Of a stretch of 64,000 bases of DNA, positions 7,792 to 17,511 are shown one piece after another. The translations under genes were made by a program, and so were the position numbers. Each line of letters opens with the position of its first letter. Positions within the stretch are counted from its first letter, which is position 1. The notes under the pieces were generated by a model. That model made no database searches and was not told the DNA's origin. It was given only the letters and a program-made list of their open reading frames with translations. Origin of the DNA: an uncultured Alphaproteobacteria bacterium (GTDB lineage Bacteria; Pseudomonadota; Alphaproteobacteria; Rhizobiales; Xanthobacteraceae); NCBI GenBank assembly GCA_963703875.1, contig CAVPFZ010000016.1, positions 17,145 through 81,144 of the forward strand, in the 5' to 3' direction.

Positions 7792-8067
7792 CTAATTGCA
7801 AGTTTGACCATCACAGTGCCCATTTGCGTCCCAATGGCTGCAGCGACAGTGTCCGAATTGAGCGATGCGGCTGTGATTTGATGTTTGAGTAGTGGGGCAG
7901 AATGCTGCCGAAGCCGGATTTCCAGCGGCGACGATGGCCGAACCTGTTGATGCGAGCGATACCCCGCAGCTCAGGGATAGAAACAGCACTGAATATGCGA
8001 CGAGACGAATAGAGTGGGTAGTCATGAAGTCCCCCTTCGCTGCCCAATGATCGAACGTGGTCATCAC
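7792..8067 (-). CDS. Small secreted protein with Cys/His-rich C-terminus
   Basis: Signal-like VAYSVLFLSLSCGVSLA; tail HCRCSHWDANGHCDGQTCN; start probably internal Met (MTTHS). Confidence 0.55.
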   Translation of the reverse strand: MMTTFDHWAAKGDFMTTHSIRLVAYSVLFLSLSCGVSLASTGSAIVAAGNPASAAFCPTTQTSNHSRIAQFGHCRCSHWDANGHCDGQTCN

Positions 8068-8374
8068 GGACGATCAGTGGGACGTAGCGAGAATGAGGGG
8101 ACTAACGATAAGGAGCAAGTATTAAATTGCTCACGCCGTACCGTGCACGCCATGAATCGGAATGCCGTAGCGTTTCTGGATCGATTTCTGTGACAACCTT
8201 TGGCAAGAGGCCATGGCGACCGACAGCATCAAAGCAGAGCGGCGAACACCAACGTTAAACCGATCATCCCACGCATGATTTTCCCTCCCCTCATGATCTT
8301 CCTACCCCTCATGCCGACAGAGCAACTATAGGCAGCTCTTGTGCAATTCGGTCAGCCGTACCCGTGGCAGACTG

Positions 8375-9193
8375 CTAGGGTCTGGACTCACAATTTGATC
8401 CAGTAGAGTGCACTGATGAGCATGGTCGCGGCAAGAAAATTGCGAGCGAGCTTATCGTAGCGGGTAGCGATACGCCGCCAATCCTTGATGCGGCAGAAGA
8501 AGTTTTCGATTTTGCGTCGCCGCCGGTAGAAGCGCTTGGGGCAATAGGCTTTCCGGGTGGCGTTGCTACGATTGGGGATGACAGGCAAGGCGCCTTCGTC
8601 CCTGATCTGTTGTCGCGCTTTTTCGCTGTCGTAGACCTTGTCAGCCGTGACAGCCAGCGGCGGTCGTGGCGTATTCAGTATCTCTTCGACGACTTGGCTG
8701 TCATGGACCTGTCCGCCCGTCACCAAGAAGCTTAGCGGCCGGCCCTTGCTGTCGACAACCGCGTGGATTTTCGTGGTTCGGCCGCCCCGGCTGATACCGA
8801 TCGCCTGATTTTTCTCCCCCCTTTTGCGCCGCTCGCCGCACGGTGAGCCTTCACAATAGTGCTATCGATCAGATACAGGCCGTCACGCCAATTGGTCGAA
8901 TACACGCTTCCAAATACCGCGGCGAGACCACCGGTTGAAGCGATTATAAGCCGTCGTGTAGGGGCCATAGCGTGCCGGCAGATCCCGCCATGGCATTCCG
9001 GTCCGCAGCACGTAAAAGATCGCATTCATGATCTTGCGATCGTCCACTCGCGCGCTCTTTCGGCTCCGCGGCAGCAGCGCTTCGAGCAGCGCCCAATCCT
9101 CATCGCTCAGATCAAATCGCATGACCCACCTCCGCGCACGGTGAATCATGTTCGCTCAAACTATTCAATCATCTATCTGGGTACAGACCCTAG
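8375..9193 (-). mobile_element. IS5-family (IS427-group-like) insertion sequence, disrupted transposase
   Basis: Ends CTAGGGTCTGGACTCA and (rc) CTAGGGTCTGTACCCA, 14/16 match incl. flanking CTAG; orfA LRTGMPWRDLP..YG; AAAAGGGGGG slippage site; orfB IDST, ADKVYD, RRKIENFFCRIKDWRRIATRYDK; extra frameshift with TGA at 8883. Confidence 0.9.
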
Positions 9194-9263
9194 CCAGGCT
9201 CGCAAGCCTCGGCGCATAATATGCGTAGGCAAAAATTCGCGGGACAGGCCGCAAGGGGGAAAC

Positions 9264-10229
9264 ATGCTCACTGCGTTATCGCGTCTTCTCAAAGTCGGCG
9301 CCGTGCTGCTGGCCTTGACCACGGCCGCCGCCGCCGAATACCCGGACAAGCAAATCAGGCTCATCATCCCGTTCCCGCCGGGCGGCAGCAACGATGTGGT
9401 CGGCCAACTCGTTGCCAAGCAATTGAGCGATCAGTTGGGTCAACAAGTCTATGTCGACAATCGCGGCGGCGCCGGTGGCACGATCGGCACCGACATCGCC
9501 GCCAAGGCGGCGCCGGACGGCTATACGTTGCTCGTCGTCTCGTCGGCGCACGCCGTCAATCCGGCGCTCTATAAACTGCCATACGATCACGCCAAGGCCT
9601 TTGTCCCGATCGCCATGTTCGGCTCCGGCACCAACGTGCTTGCGGTCAATCCTGAATTGCCCGTTCACTCCGTGAAGGAACTGATCGCGCTCGCCAAGGC
9701 GAAACCGGGCCAACTGAACTATGCGTCGGCCGGCGTCGGCAGTTTCCAGCATCTAGGCGGCGAACTGTTCAAGCTGAAGGCCGGCGTCGACATCGTTCAC
9801 GTTCCTTTTCGCGGCGGCGGCCCGGCGATGATCGACGTCATGGGCGGCCACACCAAAATCGTTTTCAGCTCGCTCATCCAAACCACGCCGCACATCAAAT
9901 CGGGCCAGCTCAGAGGTCTGGCGACCGGCGGCGCCAAGCGCAATCCGGTGCTGCCCGATCTGCCGACGATCGCGGAGGCGGGCGTGCCCGGCTACGAGGC
10001 CAACAATTGGTGGGGAATGTTGGCGCCCGCCGGTACACCGCCGGCGATCGTCGAGAAACTGAACAAGGCGGTTTCAGCCGCGCTCGATGCCCCGGAGTTG
10101 CAGAAACAATTTGAGGCGCAAGGCGCTTTGGTCGTGAAAATGTCGCCGGCCGAATTCGGCGCCTATATCGAATCCGAAACGGTCAAATGGGGAGAAGTCG
10201 TCAAGCAAGGCCATATCACGGCGCACTAA
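9264..10229 (+). CDS. Tripartite tricarboxylate transporter substrate-binding protein (Bug/TctC)
   Basis: YPDKQIRLIIPFPPGGSND, APDGYTLL, HVPFRGGG; ATG 9264 after GGGGG RBS. Confidence 0.93.
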   Translation: MLTALSRLLKVGAVLLALTTAAAAEYPDKQIRLIIPFPPGGSNDVVGQLVAKQLSDQLGQQVYVDNRGGAGGTIGTDIAAKAAPDGYTLLVVSSAHAVNPALYKLPYDHAKAFVPIAMFGSGTNVLAVNPELPVHSVKELIALAKAKPGQLNYASAGVGSFQHLGGELFKLKAGVDIVHVPFRGGGPAMIDVMGGHTKIVFSSLIQTTPHIKSGQLRGLATGGAKRNPVLPDLPTIAEAGVPGYEANNWWGMLAPAGTPPAIVEKLNKAVSAALDAPELQKQFEAQGALVVKMSPAEFGAYIESETVKWGEVVKQGHITAH

Positions 10230-10270
10230 ACGCCTAGCTGCCCTTGAGGTCGTATCCCTCGGCGAAGAAA

Positions 10271-11026
10271 TCAGACCGTCAACTTGAACAGCGTGGTCTT
10301 TTCCATATCGTCGCCATACCAGGCCGTGATGGCGGCCTCGCGCTTGTCGATATATTTCGTTTCGCCGTTTTCCAGCACCATCGGCACGTCGTGGCCGGGG
10401 ACCAGGATATTGCCGGGCCGCTTGCGCCACATCGACCAAATCATCTCGATCGACGCCTTGCTGACAACGGGGTCATAGGTCATGTCGGTCGTCCGCGACA
10501 CCATTTCGGCGCGGTTCTTGGCGGCATCGCCGGCGAAAATCACGTCGCGTTCGGGAGCGTGCAATACGAACACCAGGCAGCCGGGCGTATGGCCTGGCGC
10601 CAGATGAGCGGTGATGCCGGGAAATACTTCCTCGCCTTCCTTTGCGGCGTGCAGTGTCGGCCAACTCTTGAGTTCGCGCATATAAAGCTCCGGCACCGGC
10701 GTTTCGCCCCAGGGCTCTTTCAGCGACCAGGCCAGTTCATCCGCGCCGATCACGATGCGCGCCTTGGGAAACATGGTCCAATTCACCGAATGATCGTGAT
10801 GCGAATGGGTGAGCAGCAAATCCGTGATGTCGGAAGGCTTCAATCCGCGCTCGGCGAAACGCTTGATCAGCATCGTCCGCATGCTGAACCCGCCGGTATC
10901 GACCAGCACGATGCGGCCGTGCGCGCGCAACAGCACCACCGAGCTCCAGCCCAGCCCGCCATGGCAAACCGATTTGCCCGGGAAGCCCTGCACGACGATG
11001 TCGAGATCGTAGTCGTTGATTTTCAT
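10271..11026 (-). CDS. Metallo-beta-lactamase-fold hydrolase
   Basis: LVDTG, THSHHDH, PGHTPG, GDA, PGHD. Confidence 0.9.
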   Translation of the reverse strand: MKINDYDLDIVVQGFPGKSVCHGGLGWSSVVLLRAHGRIVLVDTGGFSMRTMLIKRFAERGLKPSDITDLLLTHSHHDHSVNWTMFPKARIVIGADELAWSLKEPWGETPVPELYMRELKSWPTLHAAKEGEEVFPGITAHLAPGHTPGCLVFVLHAPERDVIFAGDAAKNRAEMVSRTTDMTYDPVVSKASIEMIWSMWRKRPGNILVPGHDVPMVLENGETKYIDKREAAITAWYGDDMEKTTLFKLTV

Positions 11027-12129
11027 GGCGTGTTCGATTCGTAAGGCGAGGGCGAAACCGGCAGTGGCGGCAATCCGGCGTTGGCGGCTTCGTTCTGCAA
11101 GGCCGCGATTTCCTTGGCGTGATAGGGCAGGCCGGTACGCCGCCGCGTCGCTTCGAGATTGTGTTCTTTTTCGCCCGGCATCAGGATTTCATCGATGCCT
11201 TCGGCTTTGGGCTGCGCGTGCACGCGCAGCACCAGCGTATCCATGCGCTTGAGATATTCGTCTTTCGGCATGAACAGGTCCGGCTTCATGGCCAAAAAGA
11301 AGTGGCCGACATTTTGCGGCCTGTCGTAATCGAGAAACTGATTGCCGACCTCGCCGGCATAACCGGCGCCCGAGATCACGCCGCCCAGAACGTCCATCAG
11401 CATCGAAATCCCTGAACCTTTCGGGCCGCCGATCGGCAGGACGACGCCGCCGTCGAGTGCGGCGTTGGGGTCGGTTGTCGATTTGCCATGCGCATCCAGC
11501 GCGTAGCCGGCCGGGATGGCTTCGCCGCGCCGCGCCGCGCGTCTGATTTTGCCCCGCGCGGCCACCGCCGGCGACATATCCAGATCAAATGGCAACTCAC
11601 TGCCGGACGGCGCGCCGGCGGCGAACGGGTTAGTGCCGAGAAAACCCTCGCGTCCACCCCAGGGCGGCATGGCGCGCGAGGCGTTGCTGAATACCAGCGC
11701 GATGTAACCGGCTTCGATAGCCTGCAGCGTATAATTGGCCGCCATGCCGAAATGCGTGCTGCGGTGGGCGGAGACCACGCCGACGCCGAATTCGCGCGCC
11801 ATGTCCATGGCCTCGGCTATCGCCTTGGTCGCCACCACGAAACCGAAACCGTTTTGTCCGTCGAGCAAACCCGCCATCGGCGTGACGCGTTCGACTTTGA
11901 GTTCCGGCTTCGGATTGACCAGGCCGCGCCGCACCCGCTCGAGATACTGAGGCAGGAATTGCAAGCCGTGGGTGTCGACGCCGCGCAGGTCGGCGCGCAC
12001 CAGGCAGCCGGCCATGGTGGCCGCGTCCTGCTCGGACAGATCATGCGCAACCAGTAGCCGGCGGCCGAACGTTTCCGCCGCCTCCAGCCTGGCATAGACC
12101 GGGCCCTGCGCTGTATCGGTGCTTGCCAC
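11023..12129 (-). CDS. Ldh_2 family (malate/L-lactate/sulfolactate-type) oxidoreductase
   Basis: ADLRGVDTHG, HFG, GTNPFA, LDM, GPKGSG. Confidence 0.92.
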   Translation of the reverse strand: MASTDTAQGPVYARLEAAETFGRRLLVAHDLSEQDAATMAGCLVRADLRGVDTHGLQFLPQYLERVRRGLVNPKPELKVERVTPMAGLLDGQNGFGFVVATKAIAEAMDMAREFGVGVVSAHRSTHFGMAANYTLQAIEAGYIALVFSNASRAMPPWGGREGFLGTNPFAAGAPSGSELPFDLDMSPAVAARGKIRRAARRGEAIPAGYALDAHGKSTTDPNAALDGGVVLPIGGPKGSGISMLMDVLGGVISGAGYAGEVGNQFLDYDRPQNVGHFFLAMKPDLFMPKDEYLKRMDTLVLRVHAQPKAEGIDEILMPGEKEHNLEATRRRTGLPYHAKEIAALQNEAANAGLPPLPVSPSPYESNTP

Positions 12130-12130
12130 G

Positions 12131-13132
12131 TCAGCTTCCGTTCAGGCCCTGTGCTTCGGGGAAGAACATGTCCTTCCACGACGCCGGCTTCTTCTTGATG
12201 CGTCCGACTTTGTACATGAAGTCGACGAACTTCATCAAATTGACCGGCGTCGTGGTGTAGTCCACGTCCGGATCGGCCACCATCTTTTCGAGCGCGTCGA
12301 CCGAGTTCTTGTCCTTGGCGATATCTTTATACATCTGCGCCGCTTCGCGCGGATGCGCCTTGATGAAAGCGTCGGCCTCGTTGAAGGCGGCGACCACCAC
12401 GGCGCAGATTTTTGGATTGGCGTCGTGGAATTTCTTGGTCGCCACCAGCACGCCGTTGGTGTGCTTGCCGCCGACCACATCGTACGACTTGAGCACCTGA
12501 TGGATGCCCGGCGTCGCCAGCTCGTAGTAATAGAACGGCGCGCTAGCGAAATGCGAATCGATCTCGGATTTTCCCGACATCACCGCGGCGGCTGCGTCGG
12601 CATGCGAGCGGGTGATGGTGATCGCGTCGAGCTTGTCGTAGTGCTCGGGCCCCCAGATCTTTGCCGCTTCCATTTCCAGGATGAGCGCATGGCCGGTGAG
12701 CTTGACCGCCGGCAGCGCGATCTTGTCCTTGTCGGTGAAGTCCGCGATCGTCTTGATGTTCGGATTGTTCGTTACCAGCACGAACGGCATCGACTGCATG
12801 GCGATGAGCGCGCGGACCTCTTGCGGCGTGCCGGCGGTCTTGTCCCAAATGGTCGCCAGCGTGGTGCCGCCCGGCCCGATGAAGTCGGCCTGACCCGCGA
12901 GCAGCGCGTCAAGCTCCGCGGCCGGACCGACGCGCTGCGTCCAGGTGGTCTTGACGTCGCCGAGCCCCGCCGCTTTGGCGTTCTTTTCGATCAATTGTTG
13001 CGACTCGATGACGATCATCGGGAGGTATGGCAGGCCGAACTGCTTCGACATATTCACGACGCTGACCTCGGCCTGCGCGGCGCCGCCAGACGCCAAGGCG
13101 CATAAAGCCGCGACTGCGAGTTTCTTCCACAT
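12131..13132 (-). CDS. ABC transporter substrate-binding protein, NitT/TauT-like
   Basis: Signal peptide; QFGLPYLP, DKIALPAVK; paralog of 18405-19433. Confidence 0.9.
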   Translation of the reverse strand: MWKKLAVAALCALASGGAAQAEVSVVNMSKQFGLPYLPMIVIESQQLIEKNAKAAGLGDVKTTWTQRVGPAAELDALLAGQADFIGPGGTTLATIWDKTAGTPQEVRALIAMQSMPFVLVTNNPNIKTIADFTDKDKIALPAVKLTGHALILEMEAAKIWGPEHYDKLDAITITRSHADAAAAVMSGKSEIDSHFASAPFYYYELATPGIHQVLKSYDVVGGKHTNGVLVATKKFHDANPKICAVVVAAFNEADAFIKAHPREAAQMYKDIAKDKNSVDALEKMVADPDVDYTTTPVNLMKFVDFMYKVGRIKKKPASWKDMFFPEAQGLNGS

Positions 13133-13158
13133 GATTTCCTCCCTCGTTTTTATGTGCG

Positions 13159-14055
13159 CTAAAATTGATAGAGCCGGGCGGGGTTGTCGACGAGAATCTT
13201 CCGTAGCGCCGCGTTATTCCCGGCCCAACCGGCGAGCCGGTTGATCGCCTCGCCATTGTCTTCCGGCCGGAACGGCTCAATCACCCCCGGATCGCGCTTG
13301 GCGGCGCCGGGATGCGGCCAATCGGTACCCCAGACGATGCGATCCGGGTTGGCCTCGATCATGGCGCGCGCGATCGGCGCGGCGTCGGGATAACCTGGTT
13401 GCTCCGAGATGCGGTAGGGCGCGGAAATTTTCACATAAACTTTGCCGCTGCGTAGCAGCGCCAACAGTTGCGCGAAGCCTGGCTGTGCGGTGCCGAGCGC
13501 AGCCTGCGGGCGGCCGAAATGGTCGATCACCAAAGTCGTCGGCAGCGACAAGATCGTGTCATGCAAGGCGCCGAGGATCGCGAGGTTGGTATAGGTCTGC
13601 ACGTGCCAGCCGAGCGGCGCCACGCGCGCGGCCGCTTGCCGCAGGTGACGCCCGGCGACGGCGGGATCGCTCTCGCCGTAGGTTTCCAGATTGACACGCA
13701 CGCCGCGGATGCCGGCCGCGTGCATATCGCTGAGTTCTTTGTCGCTGGTTTTGTCGTCGATGACGGCGACGCCGCGCGCGCGTTTTCCCATTCTGCGCAC
13801 GGCATCGACGGTGCAGGCATTGTCCGCGCCATAGGGGCTCGGGTGCACGATCACGACGCGGTCGATATGCAGCGCGCGGTGCAACGCTTCGAGGTCCTCG
13901 ATCGAAGCATCGCCCGGCGTGTAGAGCCGCTTGCTGGAAAACGGAAACTTCTCGGCCGGCCCGAACACATGCGTGTGGCAATCGCAGGCGCCGCGCGGCA
14001 CCTCGAAGGAGGGCGACGTCGGCGCAACACCGAGAATGGACTCTGCCATGGGCAT
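13159..14055 (-). CDS. Amidohydrolase family protein (LigI-like lactonase)
   Basis: ACDCHTHVFG, VIVHPSPYG, VIDHFG, YVKISAPY, WGTDWPH; ATG overlaps aldolase TGA. Confidence 0.9.
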   Translation of the reverse strand: MPMAESILGVAPTSPSFEVPRGACDCHTHVFGPAEKFPFSSKRLYTPGDASIEDLEALHRALHIDRVVIVHPSPYGADNACTVDAVRRMGKRARGVAVIDDKTSDKELSDMHAAGIRGVRVNLETYGESDPAVAGRHLRQAAARVAPLGWHVQTYTNLAILGALHDTILSLPTTLVIDHFGRPQAALGTAQPGFAQLLALLRSGKVYVKISAPYRISEQPGYPDAAPIARAMIEANPDRIVWGTDWPHPGAAKRDPGVIEPFRPEDNGEAINRLAGWAGNNAALRKILVDNPARLYQF

Positions 14056-14852
14056 CACACCGGTATCTCGCGCACCTGCTTGGCCTTTTCGGTCATGGCG
14101 GCAAGCAGAAATTGGATGTCGGTTCCGGTCGACACCATGCGCGCGCCCATGGCGATGAATTCGGCCGTCAGCTTCGGTCGCGTCGACAGGCCGCCGACGC
14201 CGACATGTTTGCCGTGCTTGCGGCACGCCGCGATGGTGCGCGCATAGGCGTCGCGCACCTTGGCGTGCTCGTATTGGCCCGGAAGTCCCATGCTGGCCAG
14301 CATGTCGTTGACGCCGATGAGAACCATGTCGACGCCTTCGACCGCGGCGATCTCGTCCGCTTTCTCGATGGCGTCGGCGGATTCGAATTGCACGATCACC
14401 ATGGTGGCGTCGTTGACCGCCGCATTGGCCTCGGCGGCCGGGAACGAACGGTATTCCAGATGGGGCAGGGCGCCGCCGGCGCCGCGCTCGCCAAGCGGCG
14501 GATATTTCGCGGCCTTGACCACCGCGCGCGCCTCCGCCGCCGATCCGATGCCGGGCGCGACGATGCCGAGCGCGCCGCCGTCGAGCACACGCTGGATGTA
14601 TTCGGGCGTGTTGGCGGGCACACGCACCATCGGCACCAGTCCTATGCCGAGCGCCGCCAGGCAAATCTGCCCGGTCGTCTCCATCGTCATGGTCGAATGC
14701 TCCAAATCGACATAGAGCATGTCGAAGCCGGCGGTCTTGGCCAGCCGCGCGATCTCGACGCCGCGCGTCAGACGGATCGAGATCGACGCGACCACCTCGT
14801 TGCGCGCCAGCTTTTCCTTGACCACGTTACGCAGCACTTCACTTGCCTTCAC
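14055..14852 (-). CDS. HpcH/HpaI aldolase/citrate lyase family protein
   Basis: GFDMLYVDLEH, MVRVP, KYPPLGERG, VQFES, DMVLIGVND. Confidence 0.9.
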   Translation of the reverse strand: MKASEVLRNVVKEKLARNEVVASISIRLTRGVEIARLAKTAGFDMLYVDLEHSTMTMETTGQICLAALGIGLVPMVRVPANTPEYIQRVLDGGALGIVAPGIGSAAEARAVVKAAKYPPLGERGAGGALPHLEYRSFPAAEANAAVNDATMVIVQFESADAIEKADEIAAVEGVDMVLIGVNDMLASMGLPGQYEHAKVRDAYARTIAACRKHGKHVGVGGLSTRPKLTAEFIAMGARMVSTGTDIQFLLAAMTEKAKQVREIPV

Positions 14853-14864
14853 GTCTTTATCTCC

Positions 14865-15182
14865 TTATTTCGGATCAGGCAGCTCGATCGCCAGCATCAC
14901 GTTGCTGTAACTCTTGCCGTGAATGTCTTGCGCCAGCGAAACCGTGACGCCGCCGCCGAGCGCGTTCTCAATGACGAAATTGAACGCCTTGAGATTGCGC
15001 AACGGGTGGCGGCGGATCGGGCCTTTGGCGATGTGCTTGAATGCCTGCGCCACCCGCTCGGGTGTGAGCTTGCGTTCGAGAAATTCCCAATGCTTGGCGT
15101 CGTAGCAGATCACCGAAATATTCGACGTATTGCCTTTGTCGCCGGCGCGCGCATGGGCGAGATCGTAAACGCGGACGGTCAC
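14865..15182 (-). CDS. AtuA-associated small protein (ARAGDKG motif)
   Basis: AHARAGDKGN, NFVIENALGGG, SLAQDIHGK; coupled to AtuA-like gene. Confidence 0.85.
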   Translation of the reverse strand: MTVRVYDLAHARAGDKGNTSNISVICYDAKHWEFLERKLTPERVAQAFKHIAKGPIRRHPLRNLKAFNFVIENALGGGVTVSLAQDIHGKSYSNVMLAIELPDPK

Positions 15183-16531
15183 AGCGAACCCTCGACGACC
15201 ACCTGGGCATTGACCTGATTCTTGGGCAGGAGCACCGATTTCACCGCCAGCACGTCGCGCACGCGCGGCTCGATGGCGCCGCCGGCGCCGCCCGGCCCAT
15301 GCATATGCATGGCGCGCACTTCAAAGCCGATGGCGTGCGCGGCCTTGCGCTCGCGCGTCCGCCCCGCCATGCGCAGCCTGACCTCGTAAGGTTCCGGCCG
15401 TTCGTCGACTTCGCCATGCAGGCTGGACATGCCGATCAGGTCGACACGGAAATCGTCATAGACGAAACCCTGCAGCTTTAGCCGCTGCTTGACGATTTCC
15501 GCCGCCCACTTGGCGCGCGCGATCGCGTCGATGCCGCCATAGGAAACTTCACCCTCGCCGATATAGCCGTCGGCATAGCCGACATTGACTTTGTAGGTTT
15601 CGGTGGCCGGCCGCGCTCTGGCGCCTTCGACGCGCACGCGATCAGCGGCCTCCTGCCTGAGCGCAATGCCGGTGATGTCGAGCACGCAATCCGGCGTGAT
15701 GTAGGCCGTCGGATCGTGGATTTCGTAAATCAGTTGCTCGGTGCAGGTCATGACATCGAGCCGGCCGCCGGTGTCCGGCGTCTTGCCGATGACGATGGAG
15801 CCGTCGGCCTTGACGTCGGCGAACGGAAAGCCGTTGCGGGCGAGATCGGGCACATCTTTCTTGCCGGGCCAGCCAAAACAGCCGCCGGTGACTGACGCGG
15901 TGCATTCGAGCAGATGCCCGGCGGCGGTGCCTTGCGCGATTTTCGGCAGATCGTCATGGGCCCAGCCGAACTCGTGCAGCATCGGCGCCAGAAATAGCGA
16001 GGGGTCGGCAACGCGACCTGACAGCACAATGGGTGCGCCGGTGTTAAGCGCTTCGCACACCACGTCGGCGCCGAGATAGGCGTTGGCGGAGATCATCTTC
16101 GGCAAAATGGATTCGAGCGGCTCGCCGTTCTCGATCAGCTTAAGTTCCGGCCGGTGCTTCACGATGCTCGACACGTCGTCGCCGAGCACGACGGCTACCG
16201 GTACATCGCCGAGGCCGAGATCGGCGGCTTCCTTGCGCGCGGCCCGCGCGCCGCCGAGCGGGTTGGCGGCGCCCATGTTGCTGACGATGCGGATGCCGTT
16301 GCGCATGCAGGCCGGCAGAACCATGCGCAAGCGCGCATGCAGCGACGGCGAATAGCCGAGATTCGGGTCTTTGCTGCGCGCCAGGTTTTCGCGCGACACC
16401 GTTCGCTCGGCGAGGCACTCGAACACGAGGTAATCGATGTCGCCGCGTTCGGCCAGTTCCAGCGCCGGCACCATGCGGTCGTCGGAGGTGCCCGCGCCGG
16501 CGCCGATGCGTACCGTTTCTTGCGTTCCCAT
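15179..16531 (-). CDS. Acyclic terpene utilization AtuA family (DUF1446) protein
   Basis: RIGAGAG..D, FECLAERT, NAYLGA, GRVADPS, GHLLEC, EQLIYEIHDP.AYITPD. Confidence 0.9.
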   Translation of the reverse strand: MGTQETVRIGAGAGTSDDRMVPALELAERGDIDYLVFECLAERTVSRENLARSKDPNLGYSPSLHARLRMVLPACMRNGIRIVSNMGAANPLGGARAARKEAADLGLGDVPVAVVLGDDVSSIVKHRPELKLIENGEPLESILPKMISANAYLGADVVCEALNTGAPIVLSGRVADPSLFLAPMLHEFGWAHDDLPKIAQGTAAGHLLECTASVTGGCFGWPGKKDVPDLARNGFPFADVKADGSIVIGKTPDTGGRLDVMTCTEQLIYEIHDPTAYITPDCVLDITGIALRQEAADRVRVEGARARPATETYKVNVGYADGYIGEGEVSYGGIDAIARAKWAAEIVKQRLKLQGFVYDDFRVDLIGMSSLHGEVDERPEPYEVRLRMAGRTRERKAAHAIGFEVRAMHMHGPGGAGGAIEPRVRDVLAVKSVLLPKNQVNAQVVVEGSL

Positions 16532-16683
16532 CCCGCGTTTCTCTGCTTTTTTAGTTGGCCGCGGAGCGTATAGTCTTGGCAAGCTTATGGAAACCGTCCA
16601 AATTATTGGGCAGCTATGCGGGGCGACAAGTCTCACGCAACCATAACGATAAAAACGGTCGTGCCGGTGGGAGGAGACATCTG

Positions 16684-17511
16684 ATGGCAAGCGGCGCGAC
16701 ACGCGCGTCAAAAACCGCCTTGCCGGATGCAGGGGACGCCAGGCCGTTGCTCGACGTCCAGGGCGTCACCATCCAGTACAAGACTCAGCGCCATCTGGTC
16801 ACCGCGACTTATCGGGTCGGCTTTAACGTGTTGCAAGGCGACCGCTTCGTCGTGCTGGGGCCGTCCGGCTGCGGCAAGTCGACTTTGCTCAAAGCCGTTG
16901 GCGGCTATCTGCAGCCGACCGAAGGCGAAATTCGCCTGAAGGGCGAACTGATCGCCAAGCCGGGCCCCGACCGCATCATGGTGTTCCAGGAATTTGACCA
17001 ATTGCTGCCGTGGAAGACGGTGCTGGAGAACGTCGCCTTTCCGCTCAAGACCACGGGCACCTTGAATGGCAAGGCCGCCGAAGAGCGGGCGATGGCTTAC
17101 ATCAAGATGGTCAACCTCACCAAGTTCGCCAACAGCTATCCGCACACGCTGTCCGGCGGCATGAAGCAACGCGCCGCCATCGCGCGCGGCATGGCGATGG
17201 AGCCGGATATCCTGTTGATGGACGAGCCGTTCGCGGCGCTCGACGCGCTCACGCGCGTGCGCATGCAGGACGAACTGCTGGCGCTGTGGGATGAGATACA
17301 ATTCACCGTGCTGTTCGTCACCCACTCGATTCCGGAAGCAATCAAGATCGGCAGCCGCATCCTGCTGCTGTCGCCGCATCCCGGTCAGGTGAAGGCCGAA
17401 GTCAATAGCGTGCCGCGCGGCCGGGAAAACTCCGACGAGGCCGCGGCGCTCGGCCGAGAGATTCACGAGATGCTGTTTGCCGATCAAATCGAGGAGGCGC
17501 CGCATGCTTGA
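16684..17511 (+). CDS. ABC transporter ATP-binding protein, NitT/TauT family
   Basis: [34 protein letters not shown]. Confidence 0.95.
   Translation: MASGATRASKTALPDAGDARPLLDVQGVTIQYKTQRHLVTATYRVGFNVLQGDRFVVLGPSGCGKSTLLKAVGGYLQPTEGEIRLKGELIAKPGPDRIMVFQEFDQLLPWKTVLENVAFPLKTTGTLNGKAAEERAMAYIKMVNLTKFANSYPHTLSGGMKQRAAIARGMAMEPDILLMDEPFAALDALTRVRMQDELLALWDEIQFTVLFVTHSIPEAIKIGSRILLLSPHPGQVKAEVNSVPRGRENSDEAAALGREIHEMLFADQIEEAPHA

Noticed and set aside
8859-9263. N-terminal extension of the 456-aa ORF 8859-10229
   Set aside because: It is the antisense frame of the IS5 transposase; the TctC protein has its own RBS and ATG at 9264
14056-14664. Arg-rich extension of ORF 13159-14664
   Set aside because: Alternate frame over the aldolase gene; not a fusion
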